Under the pieces are notes generated by a model. It was given only the letters and a program-made list of their open reading frames with translations. It made no database searches and had not been told where the DNA came from. 64,000 nucleotides of DNA, taken from Octopus sinensis (Eukaryota). This document shows, piece by piece, positions 12,890 through 27,471 of the stretch; positions within the stretch are counted from its first letter, which is position 1; the number at the start of each line of letters is the position of its first letter. The DNA is taken from assembly GCF_006345805.1 (NCBI RefSeq), contig NC_042997.1, positions 91,388,001-91,452,000 of the forward strand, read 5' to 3'. The position numbers and the translations under genes were made by a program.

Positions 12890-13450
12890 ATTAACCTAAA
12901 TTCTGGTGGACATTGTAGTGGTCCAGCCTCTGATGACAGATCTGAAACCAGCTGCTCTTAAAACAGCAATCTCGTAGCTATAGTTTATCCTGTTGTTAGC
13001 TTCAGGCTGATACAAATTGATCAGCACTGAAGACAGCTCTTTTCTTGATCCGCTCTGCAATATATCGTTTAAAGTGGAGATAGCAATGCATTGACAACCG
13101 TGCAAGTCTCCGACCACACTACAAACGACATGTGCCATCGACTTGAAAAGAACTTTTGCCAAAATCTTCAGCAACGTATTTACCAAGGTTATAGGCATGA
13201 CTCGTGTGTCCTTGTTCAGATCCTTCCTCAGCAGTGTAAACAAGTCTGATATGTGGCAAATAAAGTTTATTGAACAAGCAATATATTCCCAGTGATTTGC
13301 CACTTGCACTTTGTCTGCTACCTCGCTGGCTGCACTTTGCATTTTAGATCGAGGTAGACATCTAAGTTGGCTACCTCCAGTCTGTTGCTCTTTGCGAAGT
13401 TTGGTGAAATGCTGCTGGAAAACCCCATACAACCAATAGTATGTACCCAT
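12890..13450 (-). mobile_element. L1/Tx1-like RT fragment, decayed
   Basis: MPITLVNTLLKILAKVL...VLINLYQPEANNRINYSY..AVLRAAGF..RGW corresponds to the L1/Tx1 RT motifs RPITLLN.D.KILAK and LDQ.KAFDRV. Confidence 0.7.
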
Positions 13451-14070
13451 TACTATTCGTCAAAGATAGAAATGTGACTTTGTTGTCACTGTACCTTTGC
13501 CATTTTTGCTCTCATGTTTCATCACATGTCCTGGCACAAATGATACATCCTTTGTGTTTTACATCAAAGAAATAGTCAAGGGATATTTCTCTCATTAATG
13601 CAGTTATCCCCCACATAATAACTGCTGTCACTAATGTGTCCAAACTCAACAAAATAACGATTGATCAACAGACTTGTACCAACACCATGTATACCCCACT
13701 ACAAGCAGTTGTGCAAAGAACTCATGCCATTGATTTCACCACACTGCAGACTACTGTCAAAGTAGTGTCAGTATTCTGCCAAAATTCAGCCTGGAACAAG
13801 TAAACCTAAGAATATAGAAAGTAACTGATGTTGATTCAATTGCATTAAAATCATGTGATCTGAGTTGACCACTTAAAGCCTAAACACATAGAACAGTTTT
13901 GATTTTTTTTTTCAACTCTCTATTCTGTCTGAACATCTTACGAGGTGGACATATCATATGCACCTTGATTTGACATCCAGTTTTCCCAACATGCATGGGT
14001 TAGACTAGTAACATTGGTTAAACTGTGAACAATCTCTTTCTGTATGTGTGTGTGTGTGTGTGTATATATC

Positions 14071-14158
14071 TAAATATAATATGTGACAATTATTCAGTAG
14101 CCATGATAAAACTCAGAGTTTATCATGGCTACCGAATAATTGTCACATATTATATTTA
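14071..14158. repeat. 88 bp near-perfect palindrome
   Basis: TAAATATAATATGTGACAATTATTCAGTAGCCATGATAAAACTC-A-GAGTTTATCATGGCTACCGAATAATTGTCACATATTATATTTA; one mismatch and one 1-nt indel. Confidence 0.95.
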
Positions 14159-14246
14159 CAGATAAATTTCTCTGTTTACATAATATCAAGGTCTCTTTCA
14201 TTCTTTTGTTGTCTTACCATTTTCTATCAATATATATATATATAAA

Positions 14247-14870
14247 TCATCATCATCTAACGTCCATTTTCCATTTTGGCATGGGTTGGACAGTTTGACA
14301 GGAACTGGCCAGCTGAAGAGCTACCCAGGCTACATGTCTATTTTGGCATGGATTCTATAGCTAACATCAACCTCTTCATAGAGTGCACTGGGTGTTTCTA
14401 CATCACACTGACACAGGTGCATTTACATGGTACCAGTATGGGTGCTTTCTATGTGGCACCAACACCCACAAGCCTGCAAGATTAGGAATGCTCAGTTGGA
14501 GAGGGATGCAGAGGAGAAGCCTATATGCAGGGGCAACTACACTTTTACTTAGCTTGGCATGTCTTCTCAAGCACAGTAAACCACCAGGAGTCTCAGTCCC
14601 CAGTCATCCCCTCTGTGAGTCCCAACATCTGTTAATCCATTCTCAACACTTCCTCCCATGTCTTCCTGGGTCTACCCTTTCCACATGTTCCCTCCACAAT
14701 TAGAGATCAGTACCTCTTGATGCAATTGTCTTCATTCATGTGCATTACATAACTGTACCAGCACAGTCTTCTCTCTTTCACACTATATCTGGTACCTCAT
14801 ATACCCAATTTTTCTCTCAAATCACTTACACTGTTGTATATGCACACTGACATTAATCCCCCACACATAG
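14247..14870 (-). mobile_element. 5'-truncated RTE 3' end
   Basis: (CAT)n tail with CGTCCATTTTCCAT..GCATGGGTTGGAC; reverse complement of GRGRPRKTW and the NVSVH region. Confidence 0.85.
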
Positions 14871-15319
14871 ATATTTACTATCTGTAATTCTGTATTGACC
14901 CAAATGGAAAAATGTGTCACTCAAGAAAGACTTCAGTTTGAACAATTTTCATGTTAATACTAACATTTGCAAAATGAGTAAACCTAACATTTGCAAAATG
15001 AGTAAACCTGTTTCACCAGGCAAATTAGTGTTCTTCTCAGCTGATTAAATTAGCTTCACATCTCTTGCTGAAATGCTTCAAAGCAACTTGAACTACAAAC
15101 ACTACAATTTTTTTAACTTTATCACATAAATTCAATAACTCACCAATATGATATGAATTACACTTTAGAAGGTACAAGCTGTCATTATGACTGATATTTT
15201 ATCAATCACAGTTCCTTTAAAAATTAATCACAAAACAAAGCTTCACATATAATAAGAAAAAGTGAAAAGAAGTTTGCAAATAGAATTTTAAGTATTTGAT
15301 TTTTATTATATATATATTA

Positions 15320-15359
<40 letters not shown>

Positions 15360-15372
15360 AAAGCAGTATTTG

Positions 15373-15378
15373 TTTATT
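15373..15378 (-). terminator. Candidate polyadenylation signal for cofilin (second candidate at 15302-15307)
   Basis: AATAAA on the minus strand ~350 nt after the stop codon. Not verified by transcript data. Confidence 0.35.
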
Positions 15379-15730
15379 CTTAGAAAGGCATAGAGCTGCC
15401 AAAATTAAAAAAGAGAAGACATCTGAAAGTGATAGTCAGATACATAAATATGAAGAAAGATAATGTCAAAAACCATTAGCTTAACAAAATTTAACTGGAA
15501 GTGGTTATAAAATAGCAGAAGAGCAGAAAATTGTCTACAACAGCCAGATGGAACAGTTTTCAGTTATGAAATCTCTAAAACGTTTAGCGTTTTAAAAAAA
15601 GTAAAACAAGTTTCCATGGTCAGACGAGCACAATGCAAGTTGAGACACTACACACACACATATAATATATATATACACTTATATATATATATAAAGACGT
15701 AAGATGTATTTTCATAGAAAACAAAAATAT

Positions 15731-15887
15731 TCAGGCCTTATCCACTCTTTGTTGTACCTCATCGAAGCTTAGATCATCTAAGTCACATGCTTGGATTTCA
15801 ACTTGAATACCACTGAAAGCTTTTTTTATGGCACTGCGAGTTGAACTATACATCATTTTGCAGCGAATTTGGGCTTTCTCTGGACAC
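15731..15887 (-). CDS. CFL: ADF/cofilin, last coding exon
   Basis: Acceptor TCATTTTTTCCAG|G completes the split Trp codon (TG|G), then CPEKAQIRCKMMYSSTRSAIKKAFSGIQVEIQACDLDDLSFDEVQQRVDKA*, which contains the cofilin actin-binding helix K.KM.Y.SS. 157 nt + 293 nt = 450 nt = 149 aa + stop. Confidence 0.95.
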
Positions 15888-16801
15888 CTGGAAAAAATGA
15901 AAATGCAAATATTTAGGCATAGCATTGAAAGCAAATGAGATTTTAAACTGAAACCAAGCAACAAATTTAATTTGGATGAACTTCAATAAATAAAAAGAGC
16001 CAAACTGCAAATATAAAAAAGAAAATTACAAAGCTATTGATTAAAGTTTTCAAACATGAGGATCCTCTCCTCTAACTTCCAAACATAATCCAAAGGGGTG
16101 CAGAATCAAGATGAGATATTTATTAGGTTATTTTCAACTGTAAGAAGGAAGACAACCAGTTAGTCAGACTACCTCAGAAATTTCTCAAGTTTTTAGATTT
16201 ACAGCATTACTATTTTGTAGCTCAGTACCACACACATTTGCTAGTTGTACAATACTATTACTACTTACAGAACAAGGTAAATGTTTAATCTTAGATGCAG
16301 ACACATCGTAAGTCATAACAATATGATCTGCCTACCTCTTGGTTCATTACCTGGTACTGTATTGACTTGGCAATATATGCGCTTTACAAGCTTAATAGAT
16401 TGCTGAGCATCACTGGAGATTTCTCGCCATGTAGGATGAGAGAGAGAGGGTGGGGGGAAGAAGGGGGGGAGTCCAGACCATTTGTTATCATTCATAGGTT
16501 GACAGGAAATTGTTTCTTACTTTCCTATAGGTCTGTAATTTTTAAATCAGAGATTAGGTTTTAACATTTCCTCAGGACAGAACACATCTGATTATTCAGG
16601 TCCACTTTCCAAGCTACTGATTTTGCTTCATTAGATCATTTATAAGCAATAGTACATCAACAGCTTTTAAGATGCATTTTTTTTATGATTATAGATGTGT
16701 GATTACTATGGAGAATGAATAAAGATAAGGCTTAGTATTAGCTTCATGGGAATATACACAGAAGTGGCAAAGTTAGTGTGCTGTGAAGAAAATAGAGACT
16801 A

Positions 16802-17210
16802 GGCGCAGGAGTGGCTGTGTGGTAAGTAGCTTGCAAACCAACCACATGGTTCCGGGTTCAGTCCCACTGCGTGGCATCTTGGGCAAGTGTCTTCTGCTAT
16901 AGCCTCGGGCTGACCAATTCCTTGTGAGTGGATTTGGTAGACGGAAACTGAAAGAAGCCTGTCGTATATATGTATATATATAAGTGTGTGTGTATATGTT
17001 TGTGTGTCTGTGTTTGTCCCCCTAGCATTGCTTGACAACCGATGCTGGTGTGTTTATGTCCCCGTCACTTAGCGGTTCGGCAAAAGAGACCGATAGAATA
17101 AGTACTGGGCTTACAAAGAATAAGTCCCAGGGTCGATTTGCTCGACTAAAGGCGGTGCTCCAGCATGGCCGCAGTCAAATGACTGAAACAAGTAAAAGAG
17201 TAAAAGTGTA
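16802..17210 (+). mobile_element. Full tRNA-headed SINE (family A) with internal (TA/TG) tract
   Basis: A-box TGGCTGTGTGG and B-box GGTTCAGTCCC; central GGGCAAGTGTCTTCTGCTATAGCC; tail GGCGGTGCTCCAGCATGGCCGCAGTCAAATGACTGAAACAAGTAAAAGAGTAAAAG. Other copies lie at 32934 and 60130. Confidence 0.9.
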
Positions 17211-17229
17211 AAGAGTAATATTATGGATG

Positions 17230-17440
17230 GAAAATGTGCTGGAGCTGTGTAAAAAGTACCTGTGCTGGTTCCACGTAAAAAGCACCCAGTAAACTCTGAA
17301 AAGTGGTTGGCATTAGGAAGGATATCCAGCCAGAGAAACCATATCAAAACAGAGCCTGGTGCAGCTCTCCAGCTTGCTAGTTCTTTTCAAACTGTCCAAC
17401 CCATACCAGCATGGAAAACAAATGTTGAATAATGATTTTA
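17230..17440 (+). mobile_element. Solo RTE 3' tail
   Basis: CACGTAAAAAGCACCC...GGTTGGCATTAGGAAGG...CCAACCCATACCAGCATGGAAAAC matches 12380-12545. Confidence 0.8.
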
Positions 17441-19739
17441 TGCATTCTGCATCACATAAAGTTACCCTTGGAATACACTTTATATAGTTCATTAACATAA
17501 TTGTTATATTGATTAATTCATTATCATAATGGTGGAGTGACTATTCTTGCAGACTACCTTCTTCAGGTAGCTCTAGAAAATACATTAAAAAAAGTTTAAT
17601 TTCATATACTAGCGAAATTACCCATTGTAATATTTTTACTTGTAGATCATTACTAGTTGAACTTGTCTCTAAAAGTGTTGATAAACATTTCATTTGGTCA
17701 CTAAATTACTGAATCATTTTATTTCAATATCTTTTCTAGATCAACATCTGTAGTTTCATTACAAATGTTTCACCAGAAATGCTATCTGTAGTTCAATAAT
17801 ACAAATGTTTGTCCTTATATTTCAACCATCATAAAGTATTCAACCCTCATAAGTGAGTTTGAGTTTCACTGTTCAAGATAATGAAATTCAATTAGTGAAC
17901 AATTTCAACCAATTACCTCAAAATATATTTATTTATGCCAACATTACCTTCTTGATTCAAAAGGACGAAAATCATAGACTCTTTGAATTCAAAAGGTTTA
18001 TTGACTATATGGAGAATACAATTATTAACATAAAAAGTATAAAACAAATGTGATAAAATAATACCTTCCTTATGAAACAAAAGTATTTTTCTAGAAACTT
18101 TTACTCCATCAAATGTAATGCTTATTTATCTATATTGTTTTGAAATAATTATGCACTATCTTGTAACTGAGATTTCGATGAGGTGATTGTTTAATTTTAG
18201 AATGACATTGTAGGGCATGTGTATGAGTAGAATGGTCAGTTTAAATGCTAGTGGGTTACATAAATATCCAGGTAAAAAAAAAACAACAACCAGTAATTAC
18301 TTTTAAGTCAGGTACTTATTCTAGTGGTTTCTTTTTGATGAATTGCTAAGTTACAGATTTGGCAACAAATGAACATCATGTTTCTCTCTCACAACTTGAT
18401 ACCAAAGACCTATATGTCTATTCATAAAAAGAAGCATGTACTATTTACACTAATTGTTTTAGGAAGGCACATGGCAGAGGAAAGGGTGTTGGGCTCACAC
18501 TCATAGAGGTCATAAGTTCAATTTCTTGACTGAACAAGTCATTTCATTTTATGTTACTTCAATCTACTCAGTTATAAAGGCGTACCAACTTAGTTCTGGT
18601 GCAGCTCTTTCTCTCTTCAGCTATTACCCCTTTGATACTTCACTTGGTCAAGTTACTTGTGACTACAGAGGCATACATACATACACAACAGACTTCTAGA
18701 TAGCCTTTGTGCCAATTTTACTCATGAAGCATTAGTTGGTTCAGGGCTGTAGAAGACACTTGCCACTGCAGTTATGTTAGCAATGTCATTGAAATTTAAA
18801 GATAACATCTGTGTAGATAGAAGGAAGAGTGTGGAGAGAAAAGTTGTTGAGAAATAAAGTGAGGGAGAAAAAGTGTGAAAAACAGATAAATAGGTAGTGC
18901 TGTCACTTCAGTAACTAACAAGTTTCAATTAAAAACATCAAAATTTTAAGTGCAACTCTGCCAACACAACACAGACTTAAAAAAAAATTAACAAAAATCA
19001 CCAAGCTTATAAGCATTTGACAATTTTTTATTGAGTGGATAGGATGAACTTTTCACAAATCTTTTACACACTAAATAATTTAGTCCTAGATAACTTTTTT
19101 TTTAATAACTAGATACAATAGATTGTCTACAGTTGTAGGTCTAATTGATCATGGCTTATCTGGTACAAAACAACAATAGATAAAGATGACTGATCAAAAT
19201 TTCAAAATGAAACAATTCTTGGTTTAAATTCTAAGAAAGCAAAATAATATAGATCTGTAACTAACATGTCTGGCACTGTTAAGAAAAAAAATGATGAAGT
19301 TCTAAACATTTTACAGCATGACTACATAGACATCCATATAACAACCTGCTTGTTCAGCCACCCATTATACATTAGTTAGTTAGAGAGGTGGAGTAGGAGT
19401 GAATGAAGAAAGAAAAGAGGATGTAGTAGGAGTGAAGAAAGAACAGAGGAAGAAGTAGAGAAAGGTGTTTAATATTAATATACACTTAGGCCAAAAAGCA
19501 ACATGGTGAGCTGAAGGTAAATGTGAAGAACTAGAAAAAGACAAGAAAAAGGAAGAGAGAAGTGTTAATGACATGTGGTGGGGGAAGGAATACTTATAAC
19601 ATGGTTAAAAAATTAGCCAAAGGGAAAGATAGACAGAGGAGGCAGTTGTATTGAGAGAGAGAGAGAGAGAGAAGGAGGCAGACAGTGGCTGTAGGGATTT
19701 GTTGATAGTGAAAAGTATTTTTTTTTATTGAACTAATTT

Positions 19740-20625
19740 TAGTGTAGTGGGGATGGTTGCTCCAGACATGGTCACCTAGGTAGTGGAAGCTATAAACTAC
19801 TTCTAGTTTCTCTCCCTGGCATGTGATGGAATTCCTTTTCTGAACATCTTCAGGGTTTACTGCTCCTGTGCATCTGCCACACACAAAAATTATCTTCCTG
19901 GGATTTTTGATTTGTCCAACTTCCTACTTGCTAGGACTTTGGTTTTTGCTAGATTCATTCGAAAACCCTTCAATTCTAAACCTTGCTTCCACATTTGAAA
20001 ATTTCTCCTTAGTTCTGGTAGTGATTCAGCTATTAGACCAAGGTCATCAGCATAGAGAAGTTCCCAGAGGCAGCCTGTCCTGAATTCCTCTGTTATTGCC
20101 TGGAGGACTATGATGAACATGAGGGGGCTGAGGACTGATCTTTGGTGTATCTGTACTTCTACCCGGAATTATTTACTATAATTGTTGCCAACCCTCACCT
20201 TACTGACAGCATCCCCATACAGCTCTGACCGACAACTAGTCTATCCCTAGTTTCTGAACTGCCCACCAGATGAGGGATCAAGGGAGCCTGTCAAAGGCTT
20301 TCTCCAAGTCAACAAAAGTCAAGTACAGAGGTTTATCTTTGGCAAGGTATATCTCCTGAAATTGCCTTACCAGAAATATAGCATCAGTGGCACGAAATCA
20401 ACAGCACCTCATCAAGGCTCACTCCCTCCCTAATTAGTTGGGCTATGATTCTCTCTTTGATCACCTGATCTAGCAATTTCATACCCTTGTAGTTATTTCT
20501 ATCTAAGGCACCGCCTTCACATTTCAAGCAGTTGATTATGGTGCATCAACACCAGTCATAGGTGTGAACGACATGATTTACAATATGGGTGATAAGACCG
20601 TAACCCATACCACCAGGTATTTTAA
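19740..20625 (-). mobile_element. RTE RT fragment (intronic, same strand as cofilin)
   Basis: FIIVLQAITEEFRTGCLWELLYADDLGLIAES...NLAKTKVL; CGRCTG...QGEKLEVV.SFHYLGD. Confidence 0.9.
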
Positions 20626-20626
20626 G

Positions 20627-20689
<63 letters not shown>

Positions 20690-20719
20690 GTATACATACA
20701 TATATATTTACATATATAT

Positions 20720-20990
20720 TGTTTGTTCCTTCTTGAGCCACGCCTGGCTCATAAGGGATGGTTTCCCCGGTTTCAATGACATATAGGTTCCCCACATGGA
20801 CGGGAATCCGGTCTGTTGCAGGTGAGCAAGATGTAGGAGGAAAGAGAAAAAGTTGCGGTGAAAGAGTCAGCAGAAGTTCGCTATTACCTTCTGCTGGAAG
20901 CGAATGGAGCCTAGGTGTTTTGCTCTGAAACACACACACATCGCCCTATCTATGAATCAAAGCAGGAATCCCCCAACTGCAATGTGCTTC
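20720..20990 (-). mobile_element. SINE (family B2): central domain shared with 56991-57372, different 3' tail
   Basis: Reverse complement reads AAAACACCTAGGCTCC..CTGCTGACTCTTTCACCGCAACTTT, then ends GAGCCAGGCGTGGCTCAAGAAGGAACAAACAA. Confidence 0.7.
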
Positions 20991-21039
20991 CACACACACA
21001 CACATATATATAAACATACACACACATATATATATACAC

Positions 21040-22425
21040 CTGTAGAAAAGGTGTAGGTAGAAACTCTATAAGATGCACCAAGTGTAAGCTATGGACACAT
21101 AAGAGATGCAGCAATGTCAAAGGAAGGCTAACTAGGAAGATGGTTTTTGTATGTGGCAGATGCTCAGGAACAATAAACACTGAAAATGCTCTGAGACCAA
21201 CTTCCGTCACTTTCCAGGGAGAAAAACTAGAAATAGTTGATAGTTTCCGTTACCTAGGTGACCAAGTCAGCAGCGGGGGCGGGTGTGCTGAAAGTGTAAC
21301 TGCTAGAGTAAGAATAGCTTGGGCAAAGTTCAGAGAGCTCTTACCTCTGCTGGTGACAAAAGCCTCTCGCACAGAGTGAAAGGCAGACTGTATGATGCGT
21401 GTGTACGAACAGCCATGCTACATGGCAGTGAAACATGGGCCGTGACTGCTGAGGATATGCGTAAGCTCGCTAGAAATGAAGCCAGTATGCTCCGATGGAT
21501 GTGTAATGCCGGTACTCACACTCGGCAGAGTGTAAGTACCTTGAGAGAAAAGCTGGACCTAAGAAGCATCAGTTGTGGTGTGCAAGAGAGACGTTTGCGC
21601 TGGTATGGTCATGTGGCGAGAATGGATGAAGATAGTGTGTGAAAAAGTGCCACACCCTAGCGGTTGAGGGAACCTGTGGAAGAGGCAGACCCAGGAAAAC
21701 CTGGGACGAGTGGTGAAGCACGACCTTCGAACTTTAGGTCTCACTGAGGAAATGACTAGAGACCGAGACCTCTGGAAGTGTGCTGTGCGCGAGAAGACCC
21801 GGCAGGACAAGTGAGTCCACAACCCGTGGCCTTCTACATGGGATGGAGCCAGCCTACGTATGCATACCTTCCCTTCTTGGGACACAAAACTCTACTTGTG
21901 AAGACGTGTTGAGGCAAGTGAGGATCAGAATCGAAATCGATCAATGGAAATTGCGGATGTGCTACCAGTGCCGGTGGCATGTCGAAACTCTGCTTGTGAA
22001 GACCCATTGAGGCAAGTGAGGATCAGAATCGAAATCGATCAATGGAAATCGATCAATGGAAATTGCAGATGTGTTACCAGTGCCGGTGGCATGTAAGAGA
22101 ACTTTCCGTTTCGCGACCGTTGCCAGCACCGCCCCGTTTTGTGTCTGTTGCCAGCCTCGCCTGGCCCTCGTGCCGGTGGCACATAAAAAGCACCATCCGT
22201 TCGTGGCCGTTGCCAGCTCTGTCTGGCACCAGTGCGGGTGGCACGAAAAAGCACCCACTACACTCATGGAGTGGTTGGCGTTAGGAAGGGCATCCAGCCG
22301 TAGAACACACTGCCAGATTTGACTGGGCCTGATGAAGCCTTCTGGCTTCACAGACCCCAGTAGAACCGTCCAACCCATGCTAGCATGGAAAACGGACGCT
22401 AAATGATGATGATGATGATGATGAT
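21040..22425 (+). mobile_element. 5'-truncated RTE LINE (second subfamily) with 3' UTR and (GAT)n tail
   Basis: C.KGVGRNSIRCTKC, FQGEKLEIVDSFRYLGD, RLYDACVRTAMLHGSETW, RRLRWYGHVARM; ends AAATGATGATGATG. Confidence 0.93.
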
Positions 22426-22777
22426 GACATATACACATACCTAGATAAATACATATACACATATATATACATATGCACAAATATATATATATGCACAAAT
22501 ATATACATATGCACATACATATAAATACATATACACATATATGTAAATACATATACACATATATGTAAATACATATACACATATATATAAATACATATAC
22601 ACATACATATATATAACTACATATACACACATATATATAACTACATATACACACATATATATAACTACATATACACACATATATATAACTACATATACAC
22701 ATACATATATATACATATATATATACATAAACATACATATCACACACATATATATACACATACATAAACATACATAT

Positions 22778-22810
<33 letters not shown>

Positions 22811-23489
22811 CACATAAATATACATATACACACACACATATATATACACATACATAAACATACATATACACACACACACACATATATATATACATAAACA
22901 TACATATACACACACACATATATATACATAAATATACATATACACACACATATATATATATATACATAAATATACATATACACACACATATATATATATA
23001 CATAAATATACATATACACACACATATATATATACATAAATATACATATACACACACATACATAAACATACATATACACACACATACATAAACATACATA
23101 TACACACACATATATATATACACATACATAAACATACATATACACACACATATATATATATACATAAATATACATATACACACACATATATATACATAAA
23201 TATACATATACACACACATATATATATATACATAAATATACATATACACACACATATATATACTAATATACATATACACACACATATATATATATACATA
23301 AATATACATATACACACACATATATATACATAAATATACATATACACACACATATATATATATACATAAATATACATATACACACACATATATATATATA
23401 TACATAAATATACATATACACACACATATATATATATACGTAAATATACATATACACACACATATATATATATACGTAAATATACATAT

Positions 23490-23520
<31 letters not shown>

Positions 23521-23632
23521 CATAAATATACATATACACACACATATATACGTACATACATAAACATATATTATATATATATATACACATATATATACAT
23601 ATACACACACATATATACGTACATACATAAAC

Positions 23633-23663
<31 letters not shown>

Positions 23664-23745
23664 TATACATATATATACAAATACACACATATTATATATA
23701 TATATAATATACCAATACACACATATATAATATATATATAACAAT

Positions 23746-23786
<41 letters not shown>

Positions 23787-24813
23787 GAAACATACACACA
23801 TATGATATATATAGATAATATATATATACATAATACACACATATATATATATATATATACAAATACACACATATATATATATATATATACAAATACACAC
23901 ACATATATATATATATAATACAAATACACACACATATATATTATATATTACAAATACACACATATATATATATATAATACAAATACACACATATATAATA
24001 TATATATACAAATACACACATATATATATATATATAACAAATACACACATATATATATATACATATACAAATACACACATATATATTATATATATATATA
24101 CAAATACACATAGATATATATATATATATATTATATATATATATATATATATACAATATACGTATATATACATATACAAATATAATACATATACACGTAT
24201 ATATACATATACACGTATATAACTACATATACACGTATTATACATATACACTATATATACATATAATACAAACACACATTATACATATACACACATATAT
24301 ACATATACACGTATATATAATATACACGTATATATACATAGCATACACATATATTATACATATACACATATATATACATATACACATATATATACATATA
24401 CACATATATATACATATACACATATATATACATATACACATATATATACATATACACACAATATATATAATATATATATATATATACAATACACATATAT
24501 ATATTATATTATATACAAATACACATATATACATATACACATATATAAACAAATACACACAAACCATATATATATATATAATATATACAAAAACACATAG
24601 GCACATATATATACATATAAATATAGACATCTACATCATACACACATACATAAATATAGACATATACATACACATAAATATAGACATACACATACACACA
24701 TATATACATACATACATGTACATATATATATACACACACACACACATATATATATACACACACACACATATATATATATACACACACACACACACATATA
24801 TATATACACACAC

Positions 24814-24844
<31 letters not shown>

Positions 24845-26240
24845 TATATAAATATATATATATACATGTATACACAAATGTAATATATATATATACACAC
24901 TCAAATACATAAATATATACATATACACATATATACACCTATATATGTACGTATACATACACACATATGTATGTATGTATGATATTATATATATATACAT
25001 ATACCACACACAGATATATACTTATATTGATATATTAACTGATATACATATACACATGCATATATACAGATATATACAGATATACATATACACATGTGTA
25101 TATGTACACATGTATGTGCATATATATAATATATATATCTGTATATGTATATATATGTGTGTGTGTGTGTATATACATATATATTTACAACCACACATAT
25201 ATACATACATATATATACTTATGTATATATATATATATATACACATACGTACATATACATTCATACATACGTATATACATATACACACGTGTACACATAT
25301 ACACACGTGTACACATATACACACGTGTACACATATACACACGTATACACACACACACACGTATATACACACACACACGTATATACACACACACACGTAT
25401 ATACACACACACACACGTATATACACACACACACGTATATACACACACACACGTATATACACACATACACACGTATATACATACATACACACGTATATAC
25501 ATACATACACACGTATATACATACATACACACATATATACATACATACACATGTATATATACATACACACGTATATACACACATACACACGTATATACAT
25601 ACATACACATGTATATATACATACACATGTATATATACATACACATGTATATATACATACATGTATATATACATACACATGTATATATATACATACACAT
25701 GTATATATATACATACACATGTATATATATACATACACATGTATATATATATACATACACATGTATATATATATACATACACATGTATATATATATACAT
25801 ACACATGTATATATATATACATACACATGTATATATATATACATACACATGTACATGTACATACACATGTACATATACATACACACATGTACATATACAT
25901 ACACACATGTATCATATACATACACAATGTATCCATATACATACACATGTATCCATATACATACACATGTATCCATATACATACATGTATATATATATAT
26001 ATATTATACATATGTACATACACATACGTATATACACATACCCATACGTATAGATACATATTCATACGTACACATACGAACAGACATACATGCATATACA
26101 TATATATATACGCATATATACACATATGTATACATACACACATATATATATACACACACGCATATATATTCATATATACACACACACATATATACACACA
26201 TACATATACACACATATATACATACGTATATATACATACG

Positions 26241-26274
<34 letters not shown>

Positions 26275-26567
26275 CACACACATATATATACACATATACA
26301 AACATATATATACATACATATATACACACACATATATATACACATATACAAACATATATACATACATATATACACACACACATATATATATATAAACATA
26401 CAAACATATATATACACACACATATATATATATACAAACAAACATATATATACACACACATGTATATATATACAAACATATATACACACACATATATATA
26501 TATATCCAAACATATACATATATATATATACACACATATATATACATACACACACGCACACATATAT

Positions 26568-26598
<31 letters not shown>

Positions 26599-26620
26599 CA
26601 TACACACACACACATTTATA
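22425..26620. repeat. Compound (CA)/(TA) microsatellite with local higher-order units
   Basis: Blocks of CATATACACACACATATATATATACATAAATA (~22750-23560), AATACACACATATATA (~23700-24100), ATACACACACGT (~25260-25600) and ATACATACACATGT (~25560-25990). Confidence 0.98.
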
Positions 26621-26690
26621 TTTTATTTTATTTTATTTTATCTAGTTTCAGCTCACGGGCTGTGGCCATGATGGGGCATCGCCATTTGGC
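26620..26690 (-). mobile_element. SINE 3' end with (TAAAA)n tail
   Basis: Reverse complement GGCGATGCCCCATCATGGCCACAGCCCGTGAGCTGAAACTAGATAAAATAAAATAAAAT. Confidence 0.65.
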
Positions 26691-26699
26691 ATTGCTACA

Positions 26700-27335
26700 T
26701 GATTTTACTTCACGAATGCTTTTTAGCAATTGTCATTTGGTGCAAGAGAGAGTTTGATGCAGATGCCCTCATCTGCACCTCCTGCCGTGAAGTTGGTTCA
26801 TCTGGGACACCTGACAGGAAGAGATCCAGTTTTATTTTAAAGACATCTGCATCCATCCCATGCAGGTCTCTCAGGTTCTTCGGGAGGATATTGAAGAGCT
26901 GTAGGCCTTGGAAGCCCAGGCTATTACAGTATCTTGTCCTACATCTTGATGGCAAATTTGGAGTCCTTGGCACCATGCAGTGGCACCCAGTTCTAGCATT
27001 TGTGTAACTCTCGTTGCCAAAGTTTGGGACAAGTCCTTCTAGGATCTTCCATATGTATATTATGGCATATCTTTCTCGCCTACGCTCTAAGGAATAGAGT
27101 GTTAATCTTTTGAGTCTTTCCCAGTAGCTTATATGCACAGAGGCTATCTTCTCTGTGTAGCTTCGTTGGATCGCCTCAAGTTCTTCACTTGACACTGGAT
27201 GGTGACCATAGCTGAGAGCAATAGTTAAAGTGGACTATCATGAGGACTATCATGGTTTCCTGGTCTCTTGTTCTAATGGTTCTAAGAATCCATCCAGTCA
27301 GCTGCCTACATTTCATTGCCAATTTAGCAACATGC
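26700..27335 (-). mobile_element. CR1/L2/Jockey-group LINE 3' fragment
   Basis: FNYCSQLWSPSSVK, ELEAIQRSYT, YWERLKRL.LYSLERRRERYAIIYIWKILEGLVPN, FQGLQLFNILPK, FKIKLDLFLSGVPDEP. Confidence 0.85.
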
Positions 27336-27339
27336 ACAT

Positions 27340-27358
27340 GAAAGGTGTATATACACAC

Positions 27359-27391
<33 letters not shown>

Positions 27392-27426
27392 TATATATAT
27401 ACATACACACACACATATATATATAT

Positions 27427-27471
<45 letters not shown>

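Noticed and set aside
14960-15007. Exact 24-bp tandem duplication downstream of cofilin
   Set aside because: It is real, but most simply a slippage event with no sign of function.
16447-16472. G-rich tracts as G-quadruplexes (also 37585-37607)
   Set aside because: They have only two or three clear G-runs, homopolymer lengths are error-prone, and there is no functional context.
16802-16875. tRNA gene calls for SINE heads (also 56991-57060)
   Set aside because: A and B boxes are present, but there is no complete cloverleaf or acceptor stem, and they continue into SINE bodies.
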